Positions 1 through 12,723 of a stretch of 64,000 nucleotides of DNA are shown here, piece after piece. The notes below the pieces were generated by a model, which was given only the letters and a program-made list of their open reading frames with translations, had not been told where the DNA came from and did not search any database. The stretch is taken from contig JAQGDQ010000131.1 in the NCBI GenBank assembly GCA_030141605.1, forward strand, positions 62,001 to 126,000, in the 5' to 3' direction. Made by a program: the position numbers and the translations under genes. The DNA is from Tubiluchus corallicola (taxonomy: Eukaryota > Animalia > Priapulida). How positions within the stretch are numbered: the stretch's first letter is position 1; every line of letters begins with the position of its first letter.

Positions 1-269
1 ATGGCGTGGTGAATGCGCCATGAGGTGCTCGAAACTTCGATTTTTAGCGTCATTAATTATGTAGAACCGAAAGGGGCAATTTTTATTATAATTTCAGTGG
101 ATTTAAAAATGATGGACAGTCTTCTTAGGCTTCTTTTTTTGAACAAAATGAGAAAGCGCTTGATATAAATGTTACGTTGCTTAGCGGGCAGACAACGAAA
201 GAAAAAATAGATTTTCCTTCTAGAATAGCAGGTGTTTTGGTTTCCTTGACGGTTCTCGTGGATGTGAAT

Positions 270-3200
270 ATGGCTGGTCATTTTGGTGCTGATAAACATA
301 AAACTTCTGGGACAGCGCCTAAAAGCGAATCGGAAGAGAATTTAGAAGACGTGCCAATATCCGAGTTCACTGGTGGACAGTTGTCTTTAGGTTTAGATTT
401 AGAAGGTGAAGCAGTTGATACTGCTGAAAAACAAGTGATGTCTTTAGACAACAGTAACGCCACAGAGTTAAAATCTCCAGTAGACAATCAACGAATTTCC
501 ACAGTGGACCCTACTCAACCTAGCCAAAATGCAGCTAATAATAATCCAAGCCCTGGTAGTGAATCTAGCATAAGAAGTTGGACAGAAAGCGCCAAACATA
601 CTTTGAAAACATCAATTAGACGACACGAGGTTCCAAATGAATATGAAGCTAAGGGATTTTTTGCATTAAGGGTAAATATTTATAATAATGCGTAGTTAGT
701 TTCCTAATATTAATAGTAGCGTGTGTAACACTTGCTCAATAACCAACTTTTATTAATTAAAATTTGTGCTGCAGTTATCTGTGAAATTGTGTTTATTTCC
801 CTATGGCCTATGCAAACGCTTGTTGCCATGTTACTCTTTATGGTGCCTACTACTACAGTATTAGTTCAGAATAGTCGGTATCATCTTCTGCATTGCTTGC
901 AAAATCTTTTAAAAAGTAATTTTTGATTGGAGATGTTAAGTGGCCGAGTTCAGCGTGAAACGTAAGTTCATGTTCTAGCCTCTAGTTCTTTGCTGTTGCA
1001 TACATTTTACCATTCGTTAGCTAGTCGACTATTTATCGAGATTACAAAATACTGATATTTCTTTATAAATATATCAATAAACTGAGCATTCCGTTTATAA
1101 ACAATCCCTTATCATTCATTCCTGATGCCACTTTAAACAATAGAACACACAATTTAAAGCAAATTACAGTAAACAATAAATTTGGAAATAACTCTATATC
1201 AAAACAAGCCATACATTTATGGAACTTACTACCCAGTGAAATAAAACAAATAGAATCTCTCCACAACTTTAAAAAGAAATTAAAAGAATATCAATGTAAC
1301 AGGTTTCAACTTCCAAATTATGCATCTGATACTAATTGCACAGACTCAACTTTCATCTACCCCCGCCCCTGACTCCATAAAACGATTAAGAATGTAAAAT
1401 TTTTAAAAAATTATGTAATGTAATACGTGTTATGTTAGTTTTATAATGTCAAATGTATGAATAGTGTAAATGTAATGAGTGAAATTTATGTAATGTAAAG
1501 CATGTTTCTGTCAATTGTGTCATGTCAAATGTATATATAGTGTAAAATATGTCATGTAAAATTTAATGTACTTTTGTAATTTTGTTTTGTAAAAATATTT
1601 TAATATGTGTTTGTAAATATGTCCATTTATTGTATATAATTAGACCTTAGTTTTGCATTTTAGTTTTTTTAGTATGCACTGGATGCATTTGTCTTGAACA
1701 GTGTTGTTATCTTAACATTACGCTGAGGCTTGCTCAATTTTATTATAATGAGTGAACCATTTTAACGACAAATAAAAAATTAATAATAATAATAATAGTT
1801 AGGTGTTTGCATCTCAGAAAAGCATTGCACAAAAACAGGTGCTGTACCTCTCAGTTCAGAGGTGTTGTGACATAGTATACACGTTTGAAAGTTCTTACAT
1901 GAGCACAGCAGTAAACTTGAAATTTGAATTTTAAACATAAAGTTTGTCGAGTTTTTGTGTATCACACTAAATGTTGTACAGTAGCACTGCACTTAACTTT
2001 ACTACACTCGGTGCTATCTGCAGCATAGGGAGGTATTGTATGTTAAATATTCAGACCTTTCAAAGGTTTTTATTTGAATCAGAATATATTAACTACGAAA
2101 TTTGTTATTGCAGGCAAACGAGACAGTTTGTCTGTCCGGGAAATCATTACTTATGTCGCAGTAGTAAGGATGATACACATCCACACAAAACACCTAGACG
2201 TGGTTAAATTTTAGGTTCCGATCTGCCCTTTAATCTTAGGCCATTGTCAAAAATACCTTAAAGTAAAAACGTGTTTGCAAATTGGACTAAAGTCTTTCTT
2301 TATTTTGTACCTAGGTATTTTTGATGATGGCCTAAGAATAAAGGGCCTAAACGTTTAATTTAACCATCTCTATAAGTTTTGTGTGACATTTGTCCACTTT
2401 TGCATAATTAAGTGAGACAGTTGATTGCAGTTTTTTAGCCTTGCTTTAAATCCAAATCCGCATTGGGATCAGATCGGGATCTAGAAAATTAGATCCGGTT
2501 TCGATTGGGATCTGGCAAACACAAAACCAGTGCAACCCTAAATTTAATATTGCAATCGTAATATCTTGCGTCTCTATCAGATTTCATTTGCTCCTTCTCA
2601 TTTAGGATGGTGCCTTGGAATCAGCAGTGGAACTTTGCAAGCCAGATTTGAGACCTGAGGACGGACCAAATGTGAAAGGAGCATGGTTACTAACTGAGTA
2701 AGCATTTCTGTACACGTTTAATTTATATGGTGTTGTGCCTACTATTCAGTTTTGCAGTAACTATCAGAATTACTATGCTACAGGTTTACGGCTTGGTGTA
2801 TACCAATTTAATAGATGCATAAATTTCCATTAACTAGATGGAGATTTAGTAGAAAAACATGAAAGATGAAAAAAATTAAGCTGTTAATTGCACTCAAGTG
2901 CTTATTATTAGAGAGTCTTCTACAATCACAGATCGTTTTTTGTGTTTGTGGGAGCAGAAGTGACATCATTCTACTGTCACGATGATGATTGACTAGAATT
3001 GTGTATATTGTGGAAAACGTTCTACAATCTGCTGATTACAGATTTTTTTATATTCAGTGTCGAATGTTTCTGTATGATTCTGGGGTAAGTAGCATCAACA
3101 CATGTACTTTAGGGTTGTATCTGGGTATTTTGACTCATTTCGTGGTGTCTAAAAAAATTATTTCTTGTATCTTTCTATTTATTTCTAAATTCTTTAAAAA

Positions 3201-6200
3201 TTTGTCAATAGAATCAGTGACTGCAGCGAGACCTACTCAATGTGATTCTGCCTGTGACTATCATGACTATGGTGTCATTTCAAAATCAGAATTTTTCCTG
3301 TTGACTACAGCTGAAGCTGTCTATTGCTAATTCTAAGGTGGTCATGTTTTCATAGATACCAATTTGTTAGTTTGTTACAAATTAACAATATTATCCAAGA
3401 ACTGGATGGATATGACAAGCAAAAATACATTCAATTTTGGCATTTAATGATTAAGAATTAATACATGTAATTAAGACAATTATGGGAAAATTTTATGTGA
3501 TGTTACAATAGATCACTGCAGGAAAATAATTGCAAAAAGCAAGAGTGCGCACCAAAAAATTCATTAATCAGATATGTCAGAACAATTGGAGATATCGTAA
3601 CCTAACCTGTGTAGTTTAGCAAATAATTATACTTTGCTAGCTCTTGTTTTTGCGAAAACCAAGCAGATGCTTTAATTGTCAGAAGTTCAGTCACATAGCT
3701 AGACTCTGTAAGAAAGATCCAGTATGTAAAGAGTGTGCTGGGAATCACAAAACGCAAGATTGTTCATCAGAGGAAACCAAATGTACAAGTTGTGCAGACC
3801 GCCATACTGTTGACAACACAGATTGTCCGACTTACAAAAAGTGGGAAAAGAAACAGCAAAGCAACGATGGAACACAAAGAGCAACCTCTTGTAATTTGTC
3901 AGATAAATATCAATAACTTTTCTTTGCATTCTAAAGTTGCATTAGATGGATATATTAATGATTTAAGGCCTGCTTGTGACATACTAGCCCTCCAAGAAAC
4001 TAAAATTGAAGACAAAAATATTAAATCGTTACAGTTAACTAATTTCAAAACATATGCTAAACCATCTCAGGGAATATCAGGTGGTTGCGCTCTACTTGTA
4101 AGAAAAGGTATTACGTGCTGTAGAGTCCCAGAATTAGAACATAGAGACCTTGACATTGTATGGGTTTTAGTTAGTGTTAAAAACTATCAGCGTCAGCGTA
4201 TGTTCCGCCAAATTCTCCCCAAGTCCTACAAGCTATGTTAAACAACTGCCGTGAAGCCAATCCATTTGCTGTTCAGCACAGTCTTGCTGGAACTTTAATC
4301 ATTGGAGACATGAATTGTCGCCATACTTTATGGAATACTACCAATAATGTACACGGTTCATTACTGTACGATTATATTATTAACGATACTGCAGTTCTGG
4401 TAGCCCCGGATGATATTACTTTTCAATCATTTAATGGAACAAGTGTCATAGATTTTATTTTGGCTAGTGGCCATATTGCTACTCAAGTTCACGAACAGTA
4501 TGTTGAAAAAGAAATTGAATTATTTTCTGGGGCTCCCAGAATGGGACACTATCCAGTTATAACTCATATTAATAATAACGCTGGACATTGTGAAAATCGT
4601 AAGGTTCGCCGAGTTTATGATTTGAAGAATGCAGACTGGGCTCTGTGGTCTCACACTATAGAAACAAAAATACGGGAAAATTTTAACAGTATTATTACAT
4701 GTATGAATCTATGAAATGCAAAAGAATTATGGGAGCGCTTTAGGCATTTGATTACTGAAACTTCTAACGAAATCCTGCCTGTCAAACGTGTATGTAATAC
4801 GCGTAAATACAGTAAACCATTTTGGAATCCTGAATTAAAACGTCAATCTGAAAATGTTCGACAACTCAAAAAGAGGTATCAGCGTTACTCGTCCCATAAT
4901 GCATATATTCAAGCTAAAGAAGAGTTTAAAAGCAGTTTAATGTCACAAATAGATAACTGGATTCTCACTATCTCAGTTAATATGAACTCATCCAAAGGAG
5001 TAAACTTTTGGAAGGCATATCATAAGGTATTTCCAAACATAAAAGACAATCAAGTTGACATCTTAAAAAATGATAACCGTTATTATAGTACTGATGAGGA
5101 CAAGTGGAACTTGTTCTATGAAACCTTCTTCATGGGTAACCATTTAGACAATGACGTATTTGATAGCAACTGGAAAGGGTTCGTTGATCAGTTCGTTGAT
5201 TCCTTAGAATATAGTGAAGGAAACGAAGACTTTTTGAATGTTCCTTTCACGATGAACTTAATAAAGGAATAAAAGGAAGTTCCTCAAACAGCAAAAGCTT
5301 TGATATGGATGTTATCCATCCTCGAATGGTTAAAAGTTTAGGATTTTGGGGCAAATCTGTACTTCTGAATTTGTGTAATGTATGCTTAAGCACGCAAGAA
5401 TGGCCTTGGTTAGAATCCAAAGTACTATTTATTAAAAAACAGGGCAAAGATAAATATGCGGATCCCAATGCACGTCGTCCTTTGTCGTTGTCTTCCTACA
5501 TAGGCAAGCTTGTCGAGTGACTCTTCGCTAACCAGTTAATTCTAAAATGCCTAGTGGAGGTATTAGACATTGTACAGGAGGGTTTTGTCGCAGGACATAG
5601 TACTGAACGATATCTGTTTCGCCTAATTAGTAAAATGCAAAGTGACCTCATAAAGAAACATCCTACCATCGCTGTCTTCTGTGATTTTGAAAAGGCGTTT
5701 AACAGTGTGTGGGTCAAAGGCCTAATCTTCAAACTCTATCAATTAGGAATTGCTGGAAAGTTTTTGGCTACAATCAAACATTATTTGTTGAGTCGATCAT
5801 TTTCTATCAGTGTAGGTAAATTCGGTTCTCAATTGTATAACAGTAATATTGGCCTTCCACAAGGCTCTGTCCTTTCACCTCTATTATTCATAATCTTCAT
5901 CTCAGAAATGCTAAATGATGTAAGATCCAATAAAATGGCAGACATCTTCAAATACGCAGACGATGGCACATTTTGCGTATCTAAAACAAACTCTGATGAG
6001 TGTCGTAATACTGCGCAAATCTGTTGTAATAAGTTACCTCTATTGTGTAAAAAATGGCGGCTGAAAGTCAGCTGTAATAGGAACAAAACGGAAGTTATGA
6101 TCATGGGCTCTACGCAAAATATAGTAAATAATGATTTGCCTAAATTAAAAATTGGTGATAATGAAATTGAATATGTTCAAAATAGTACAGTACTGGGTAT

Positions 6201-7777
6201 CACTATTGATAGTAATCTGAAATTTGATTGTTATACCAATAGAGTTAGGAAAATTGCATGGCACAAATGGACACAAATTAAACAACTGTGTTTTAAATAT
6301 AGAGGAATGAGAATGGCAACTATTATACAACTTTTTAAAACAGAACTGCAACGGGTTCATCCTTTAAACCTTGCAGGGTATTGTTAGAAATTTTATGTGG
6401 TTTGCCTCCTCTGGAAATCGAAATGAAAGCTCATAATGTAAGATTCCTAAGTAAAATATTGCAGGGTGGTGATGATGATCTAGTTAAGAAAGAACTTTTG
6501 TATATATTTAATAGTAACTTTTATCTGTCACTTTGTAAAATATTATGCCAGATATTTAACGCAATTTTTAGCTACTACTAGAGATGCAGGGCAAATTAAC
6601 AACGAAGAAGTTTCTATAGTTAATTGGTCTGTTACAAAATCTGATCTGGATAAATTCAAGCAAACTCTTTGGCACAGACAATTCAATACTTATTATACCT
6701 TGTTAGAAAACAGAAATGAATGGTTTGGCATAATCCCTCAACTTAAGCCCTTTAATTTACCAATTTCATCTACAAATAGAGAGTTGGAATCCATTGCTCT
6801 AAGTTTTATTCATGGACAAGGATTTTTTAAACAGTTTTTATTCCGATTATGACTCATACCTGACAATTCTTGTTTATGTGGTCTTCCCCAAACTTGTGAA
6901 CATCTACTTTTCAACTGCCCTTTCGTAGACTCACGAAAGCGTATGTTTTTTAAGAATAACGTTAACACCACTAATATTGCTGTGTTAATTCAAAAGCAAA
7001 ATGATAGCAACACTTTGAGATCATTTGTTGAAGTAATTAAGGATGACTTCATTAGACAGCAAATGTCAGGAGTATTATGATACGTGTTACTAAACTAGCG
7101 GTTGTACTATTGCTATCTTTGTAATTTTAGTTAGTAATATATACTTTAGAGTCACTTTATTTTATTATTTTATTAGAAAATTTGTAAAATTTATACTTAT
7201 GCTAATGTTGTAGCTGCAAATAGAGGTTTTATTAATAAAGATTTTAAATAAATAAATAGCTCTGGTGGAAGTCTGAACTCTGTTGAGTGCCATTCCAATT
7301 ATGTTTGCTGTACCTGACTGCTACTTTATTACAAGTGTAGAAGTTTAATAATAAATGAGGGTATAAATGATGTGATACATGTCATTTACATTTCAGCATG
7401 TACTTAATTACTAATTAGTAGCATCCGTGTTTTGCCACAGTCCAGTCTGGACTGCTTTTGTCACTCCCTGGATGGAGGAGCCATTCCTTTTATAGCCATT
7501 CAGAATTGTAACTCTCATCAATTAACTGTTGACTAGTCTCTATCGTCCTTTTTCAGAATTGATCATTGGGACAATGAACTGGAGAGGCTACTACTAATTA
7601 CCGACCACAGCTTAGTGGTCGTCAAGTTTGATTTTATTGGAATGGTCATATTGGAGTTGAAGCACATTGACTTGAGCGTTATCTGCAAAGTTATTAGTGG
7701 GCCATTCAACTATCCCGCAAATTCACTTATCCCGTAAGTGCCATATAGCAGCGACTCTCTGCACGCTAATCTCTGTA

Positions 7778-7834
<57 letters not shown>

Positions 7835-7939
7835 TCTCCTCTCTCCTCCTCTCTCCTCTCTCCTCTCTCCTCTCTCCTCTCTCTCTCTCTCTCTCTCACT
7901 CTCTCTCTCTCTCTCCTCTCTCCTCCTCTCTCCTCTCTC

Positions 7940-7981
<42 letters not shown>

Positions 7982-10295
7982 TCTGTTTAGTTCAGGTTAA
8001 TACCACCTGCTTATGTTTTTCACTGTTTTCCACAATTTAATGAATGAAATCATTTTTCTTAGCAGTCCCAGAGGTGGCGTTGGCGTTCGAGCATTTTGGA
8101 ATCAAGGCAGGCCTCTAAGCTTTACACAGAATTGGAATCCGTGGTGCAAGGTCAGTATACCATTGGTTTTCAGTTTTAGCAGTGGTTGTTATCATTGATA
8201 TGGTTGCTAGCAATGTCAGCTGCAGGGCTAGCTGTGTCAGCTGCATTTACTAGCTGTGTTTATCATTCACGATGATATAGCAGCATCAGCTAATGATATC
8301 TATCATCTACAAATCGCTACCATTTATTAATGAGTGATAATTGGTTATAATAAGTATGCGATATTGTTAATTTTAAAGCTAATCAATAATACTGCTTATT
8401 AACTCCTTCAGGACCGCATCATTCAAAATAGGTCTTATTAGACCTATGATTTTTCCGCTACTGTATGAGCCACAGACATAACTAAATGATTACAAATTAG
8501 GTGCTGTTCTTATTCAGACGATTATTGGCTATCCAAATCATGCTATTTGTTTAAACGCTGATAAGTGATTTAATTGGATAAAATTAAGAAAACATTGCCT
8601 TTTCAGGCACTCCAACTTATCCTATTCCGGAGCTTAGTCTGGTGCACACTTGCGTGATCGTACACACTAATTTATTGATCGCCTGCTTGCTACAGCCCCA
8701 GCTGTGCAGTGTTTTGCTGCTATTCCAGGAAAAACCCAACAGATTAGGAAAGGACAAATTAAGGTCATCTTATCTTTTAACAAGAATTTCTCCTTAAAAA
8801 TGAGGCCAAAGTGTATCAGAGTGTTGTATCTGGATAGTAGAAATTTTCCTTATTTTCCCAAATGCTTATGGTCCTGAAGGAGTTCATAATTGATCAGTGG
8901 TTGTGTAATGTTGAGGCCTAGCTCATTCAGTAATAGTGCTATGGGCCATTTTCTTCAAAGCATTAATTTTTTTTTCGGAAAAATGATTTAGTTACCTTTT
9001 AGCTTTTCACATAACAAGCTTCAGATAAAATAGTTGAACACATCTCTACGCTATTATATTACCGTTGCATATCTGTAATAGTTTCAGTATTGCTGATCCA
9101 TGGAAGTTTAATAGTATTGTCAAGCCGCTTTAGCCAATTCTGGGACACCACTAAATGTGGCTTTATATCGGGGTTGGCGGTAAGGCGAAGTTCATCAATT
9201 ATGAAAGGCATTCTACTTGCAATCTCGATTTTGTTTCCAAATTAATTTTCATATGCGATAAATAGGTGTAGCATATAGTATTATTATTATCATTATTATT
9301 ATTATCATACTGCACATTTCTGCTGCATTAACAGTAGAGGTGTAATTTTATAGTGGTACCTTGCAAAACTTTTACGTAACACAGCGTGGAGAACTAATCT
9401 TGTAAAATACTGGTAATTAACCAACTGTTGATATATGCGGTCACGTGGTCCACTCTCCTAATGTAACATTATTGGACAATTAAAACTATAAATAGCCACC
9501 ATACATAAGTTGACCATGAGTCAAGACAGTAAAAACAGCAGGTTTAACAGCTTTTAAATTGTCTTCTGTTCAGTACTGAACGTTAGCTACTCTCTTGTAC
9601 TCTTAAAATCCATGCCCTTTACTCAAAACCCCAGCATTCACTTTCATACATAATTGCTTTTCTGTTCAGAGGTCATCGTTTTTACAATGGAATAGCTGTG
9701 TTTCAACAGCGCTTTCTCATGACTGGCGTTATAACTGGGTAGATTTATTATGCAAAATGGACTTTTGGCAAAGCAAATACATTATCAAATAGAGGTAGCC
9801 TATACTTCTAAGGATCTTTTCTTACACGGGAGATTTCTATAGTGTGTGTCGCAAGAGGCTCGGACAAAATTGGGCACCCTATACGAGGGGCGGTATAATA
9901 AGAGTTGACTGTATTATCATATTTCTCTTTTAAGGTTTAGTTTTCTAATTGCTAACTCATGTAGTTTCCTAGTCATCTGTTACTTAACTAATCTACATGT
10001 ATTACATAATTATAATTTCACCACAATACTGATTTTGCAGGATATACCATGGGTGACCTTCACAAGTCATCCATTGAAGCACCAGCGTGAACGGGATGCG
10101 AAGAACTTTGATGTGGAGAATTTCCAGACCTTATTCGCCGAAACCGTGAACGCTGCTAGGGCATTAAAACAACTGGAGGAAATTTCAATAGAAAACGACG
10201 ACATTCTCATTGAAAATTACGTCGGCCTCCCTTCGGTTGTGCATAACATGAACAATTTTGGCTTCTTTAAATACAGAGGCAAAATCAGCTTCTAA
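270..10295 (+). CDS. TPRG1L: Tumor protein p63-regulated gene 1-like protein (TPRG1/TPRG1L, hSac2-like domain), 5 coding exons, ~336 aa
   Basis: Exons 270-671, 2606-2697, 7557-7733, 8066-8150, 10041-10295 join in phase at GT-AG sites. Translation contains [75 protein letters not shown], matching recalled TPRG1L motifs (WLLTEVDHWNNEKER, RWNPW, IETYVGL, RGKIGF). AATAAA at ~10621-10750. Confidence 0.92.
1031..1798 (+). mobile_element. 5'-truncated CR1/L2/Crack-group LINE fragment (ORF2 C-terminus, 3' UTR and (TAA)n tail) in TPRG1L intron 1
   Basis: Frame from 1031 reads IYRDYKILIFLYKYINKL..KQAIHLWNLLPSEIKQIESLHNFKKKLKEY, the WNxLP..FKKKLK end typical of CR1/L2-group ORF2. It ends in aataaa plus (taa)n at 1771-1798. 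Confidence 0.7.
2182..2385. mobile_element. Palindromic (fold-back) MITE-like element
   Basis: Imperfect inverted arms: cacacaaaac..tagacgtggttaaatt..gccctttaatcttaggccattgtcaaaaatacct versus aggtatttttgatgatggcctaagaataaagggc..aatttaaccatctcta..gttttgtgtg. Confidence 0.6.
3640..7315 (+). mobile_element. Decayed non-LTR retrotransposon (I/R1/Jockey-group-like): ORF1 zinc-knuckle end plus ORF2 APE-RT-CCHC, in TPRG1L intron 2
   Basis: ORF1 remnant has three Cys/His knuckles (CFNCQKFSHIARLC, CKECAGNHKTQDC, CTSCADRHTVDNTDC). ORF2 from ATG 3867 has APE motifs (NINNF, DILALQETK, IGDMN, IDFIL), RT motifs (RPLSLSS, FCDFEKAFNSV, GLPQGSVLSPLLF, YADD) and a C-terminal CLCGLPQTCEHLLFNCPF (~6871-6924), stop ~7080. 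Several stops and frameshifts. The 3' end is approximate. Confidence 0.9.
7778..7979. repeat. Compound microsatellite (CT)n/(CCTCT) followed by (CA)n in TPRG1L intron 3
   Basis: Directly visible. It produces the spurious SL/ER-rich ORFs in the ORF track. Confidence 0.97.
8403..8882. mobile_element. Non-autonomous piggyBac-like MITE
   Basis: Perfect 13-bp TIR ctccttcaggacc (8403-8415) / ggtcctgaaggag (8870-8882), flanked by TTAA on the left and TTCA on the right (TTAA target duplication with one mismatch). Confidence 0.75.
9835..9913. mobile_element. Probable orphan right end of a pogo/Tc1-mariner-type MITE
   Basis: Ends gcggtataataagagttgactg-TA, which reads CAGTCAACTC on the reverse strand, a pogo-like terminus. 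I found no matching left end. Confidence 0.35.
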
Positions 10296-12399
10296 ATTTT
10301 GTCAGAGTTATATTAATAATGGAGGTATGTAAGAGTATTAATATATATTTGACATATGTGTAATCTGTTGTGTAAGACTTTTCCCAGTTATATTTGTTCT
10401 CAAGCTATTTAGAGTTTGCTGTATCATGTTATGCTATACTACTTACTGAGTTATGTGCAACATGCCCATCATTTGAAATAATGGTATTTTTGAAACATTA
10501 GTAAAAAAATTATCGATTTTGTGACCTGAGCTTGGGCAACAATATAATCAGATAAGGAAGTGTTTTACAATCAGTTGTATTGTATGTTTACTTGTATATC
10601 CGGAATTAGTCATCATAATGAATAAATCTTTTAGTACATCTACATAAAAAACCCTACTTGGTTCAAAATTGGCTTTATTACACACGTCATGTGTAATTAA
10701 ATAAATGTCGTGTTATGTGTATTTAAACGATATTGTATGTCTTGAATAAATGGAAATTTTACTAATTGATACCGATAAATGGTGCTTTATTATGTGACTG
10801 GAGCTTTGAACTGCTGTTAAAAACCTTATTAGATCGACATGCTATTATGCACAAATCAGTCTGTTCTGTAATTACTGTTGTTTTATTGTCTTGGCAGTTT
10901 GAGTCCAGAACTGAATGAAGATTTTTAATTGGTTTCTTGGAATTTAGTTTTGCTGTTTTCAAGATTATTTGAATGTTAGTCAGAGATTATTTTTCTATCT
11001 TTTCTGGATGTCACCAGTGCTGATAACAGTGTGTGCATATTTATTGGGTTTCATTACTAATATCCTTAATTTAGGAAACAGTCATCCCATTCATTTGTAT
11101 ATGGCTTTATATCACTAATTTGTAATGATTAAGCCCTTCACATTTAGTTCTAATCAGGAATATATGTTGGGGGGGGGGGATATTCATTAAAATCTGTAAA
11201 AAAACTGTATATTTTTGGTTTCATCATGCATTTCATTTCTTCTTTTTTCATCACTAATGTCTTTAAATGTGTAGCTATAATGTTACAAAAAAAAATTGTT
11301 GTTAAAAATGTGTATGAGGTGGATTATTATTAGTGCACTGAACATTTTCTAAATTTACATCACTTAAGTTAGAAAATCTGATTGAACAACAAATTTTCAC
11401 GTTGCAGTTATGGTGTAGTTGTTGCATGTTTCTGTTCTCTTCGAGTGCATTTACATACAACTATGTGGTATCATTCTCAAAGTATGTGCTAAAAATAACC
11501 ACATATAGGATTATGATTTGGTTCCACTTAATAGATACCAAACATTTGCAGAAATTGATGTCTTTTGCCTACAAAGAAGTTGGTGATTCGTCATTGTTTT
11601 TGCACTTCGAACTGCAGAGAACATTTGCATAGCATATTGTCTTGGTATATTTTGCCACTGTAAGTGTATTAACCATAATTCTCATTGTTATGAGTAATAA
11701 TTTTATAAAAAGTTGATATTTATGGGATTGTGTGTTTTTAGAAAAATATTTATGAACACTGATAAATGATAGTAATAGTAATATATCACCTCTAGCTGCA
11801 GTTGTAAATTTTCTTGCATTTCAGTACTAATTTCTCTGTTGAATTCTGTAAAACAAATTAGCTAGTATGTTGCTCTATGCAAAATTAATGCAATGTTGAT
11901 TAAAAGTATGATTAATACACCAGTTATTTCACTCTCTTAGTGGCTCTTGTCGTTATAATATTGATTTGTGTGTTTACCTTTCCTTGTTATCCCAGGTGAA
12001 TTCTGAACTTGATTCGTTGTTAAAATTATTTTTAATTTAATCATGCTTTGGTTTGAACGTGTATGCAATATTTAAATTATTTCCCTCTGGATCATGCTTC
12101 CAGTATAGTGTCTGATTCATTTTTCAGCTTAATGCATCTGTTCTGATGATTATGATTGGTCTGTTTGATTTTTTGGAGCGCAAAGAATAAATATTATATT
12201 TATGATCAACAAAATTAATTAATATTGTTTAATTATGGCAATCTGCGCCTTTCTGTTATTTGATCACTTTTCAGGTATGCCTTATTATCATTATAATTCA
12301 TCTTTTTTCTTCTTTTTCTACTCTGGCCTGTCTAACTCTATTTTCTTGCTTTCTCTCTCTCCCTCACATCTAGTCACGGAATAGTGAAGACCTAGTCAG

Positions 12400-12723
12400 A
12401 TTTAACTAAACTATACCGTACTGTGATTTAGTGCAGAGATGCAGACGGCCGAGTGGCTTAGACGAACTCTGATTGAATGGCGGGAAATTTCGGCCGAATT
12501 CACCTGTTATTGGGTGGCTGAAGTTGGCTCCACTTACTGAATGTAACACGTCATGCCAAAATATTTTGATACATGCGGCGTGATCGTACGTTTTGATTCA
12601 ACTGTTTGTTGCTTGGTGTTTTTGTTTTTTAAGTGTTTCGTGTTCAAGTCCATGAATATAGATTTTCTATAATCCGTTACATAGGCCTAGTTGCCTTTCA
12701 GTAATTTTCAACTTTACAAAACG
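12400..12723 (+). promoter_or_regulatory. Candidate main (TA) promoter and non-coding first exon of the p53-family gene
   Basis: CpG-enriched patch, E2F-type motif GGCGGGAAA at 12479-12487, and a strong donor acg|gtgagt at 12723/12724 upstream of the acceptor at 14946. Confidence 0.55.

Noticed and set aside
1-21. Possible start of a divergent minus-strand gene (ATG at 21, MAHSPRH..)
   Set aside because: Only seven codons are visible and the start context is weak, so it cannot be supported from this window.
7697-8040. SL-/ER-rich ORFs in the ORF track
   Set aside because: These are translations of the (CT)n/(CA)n microsatellite.
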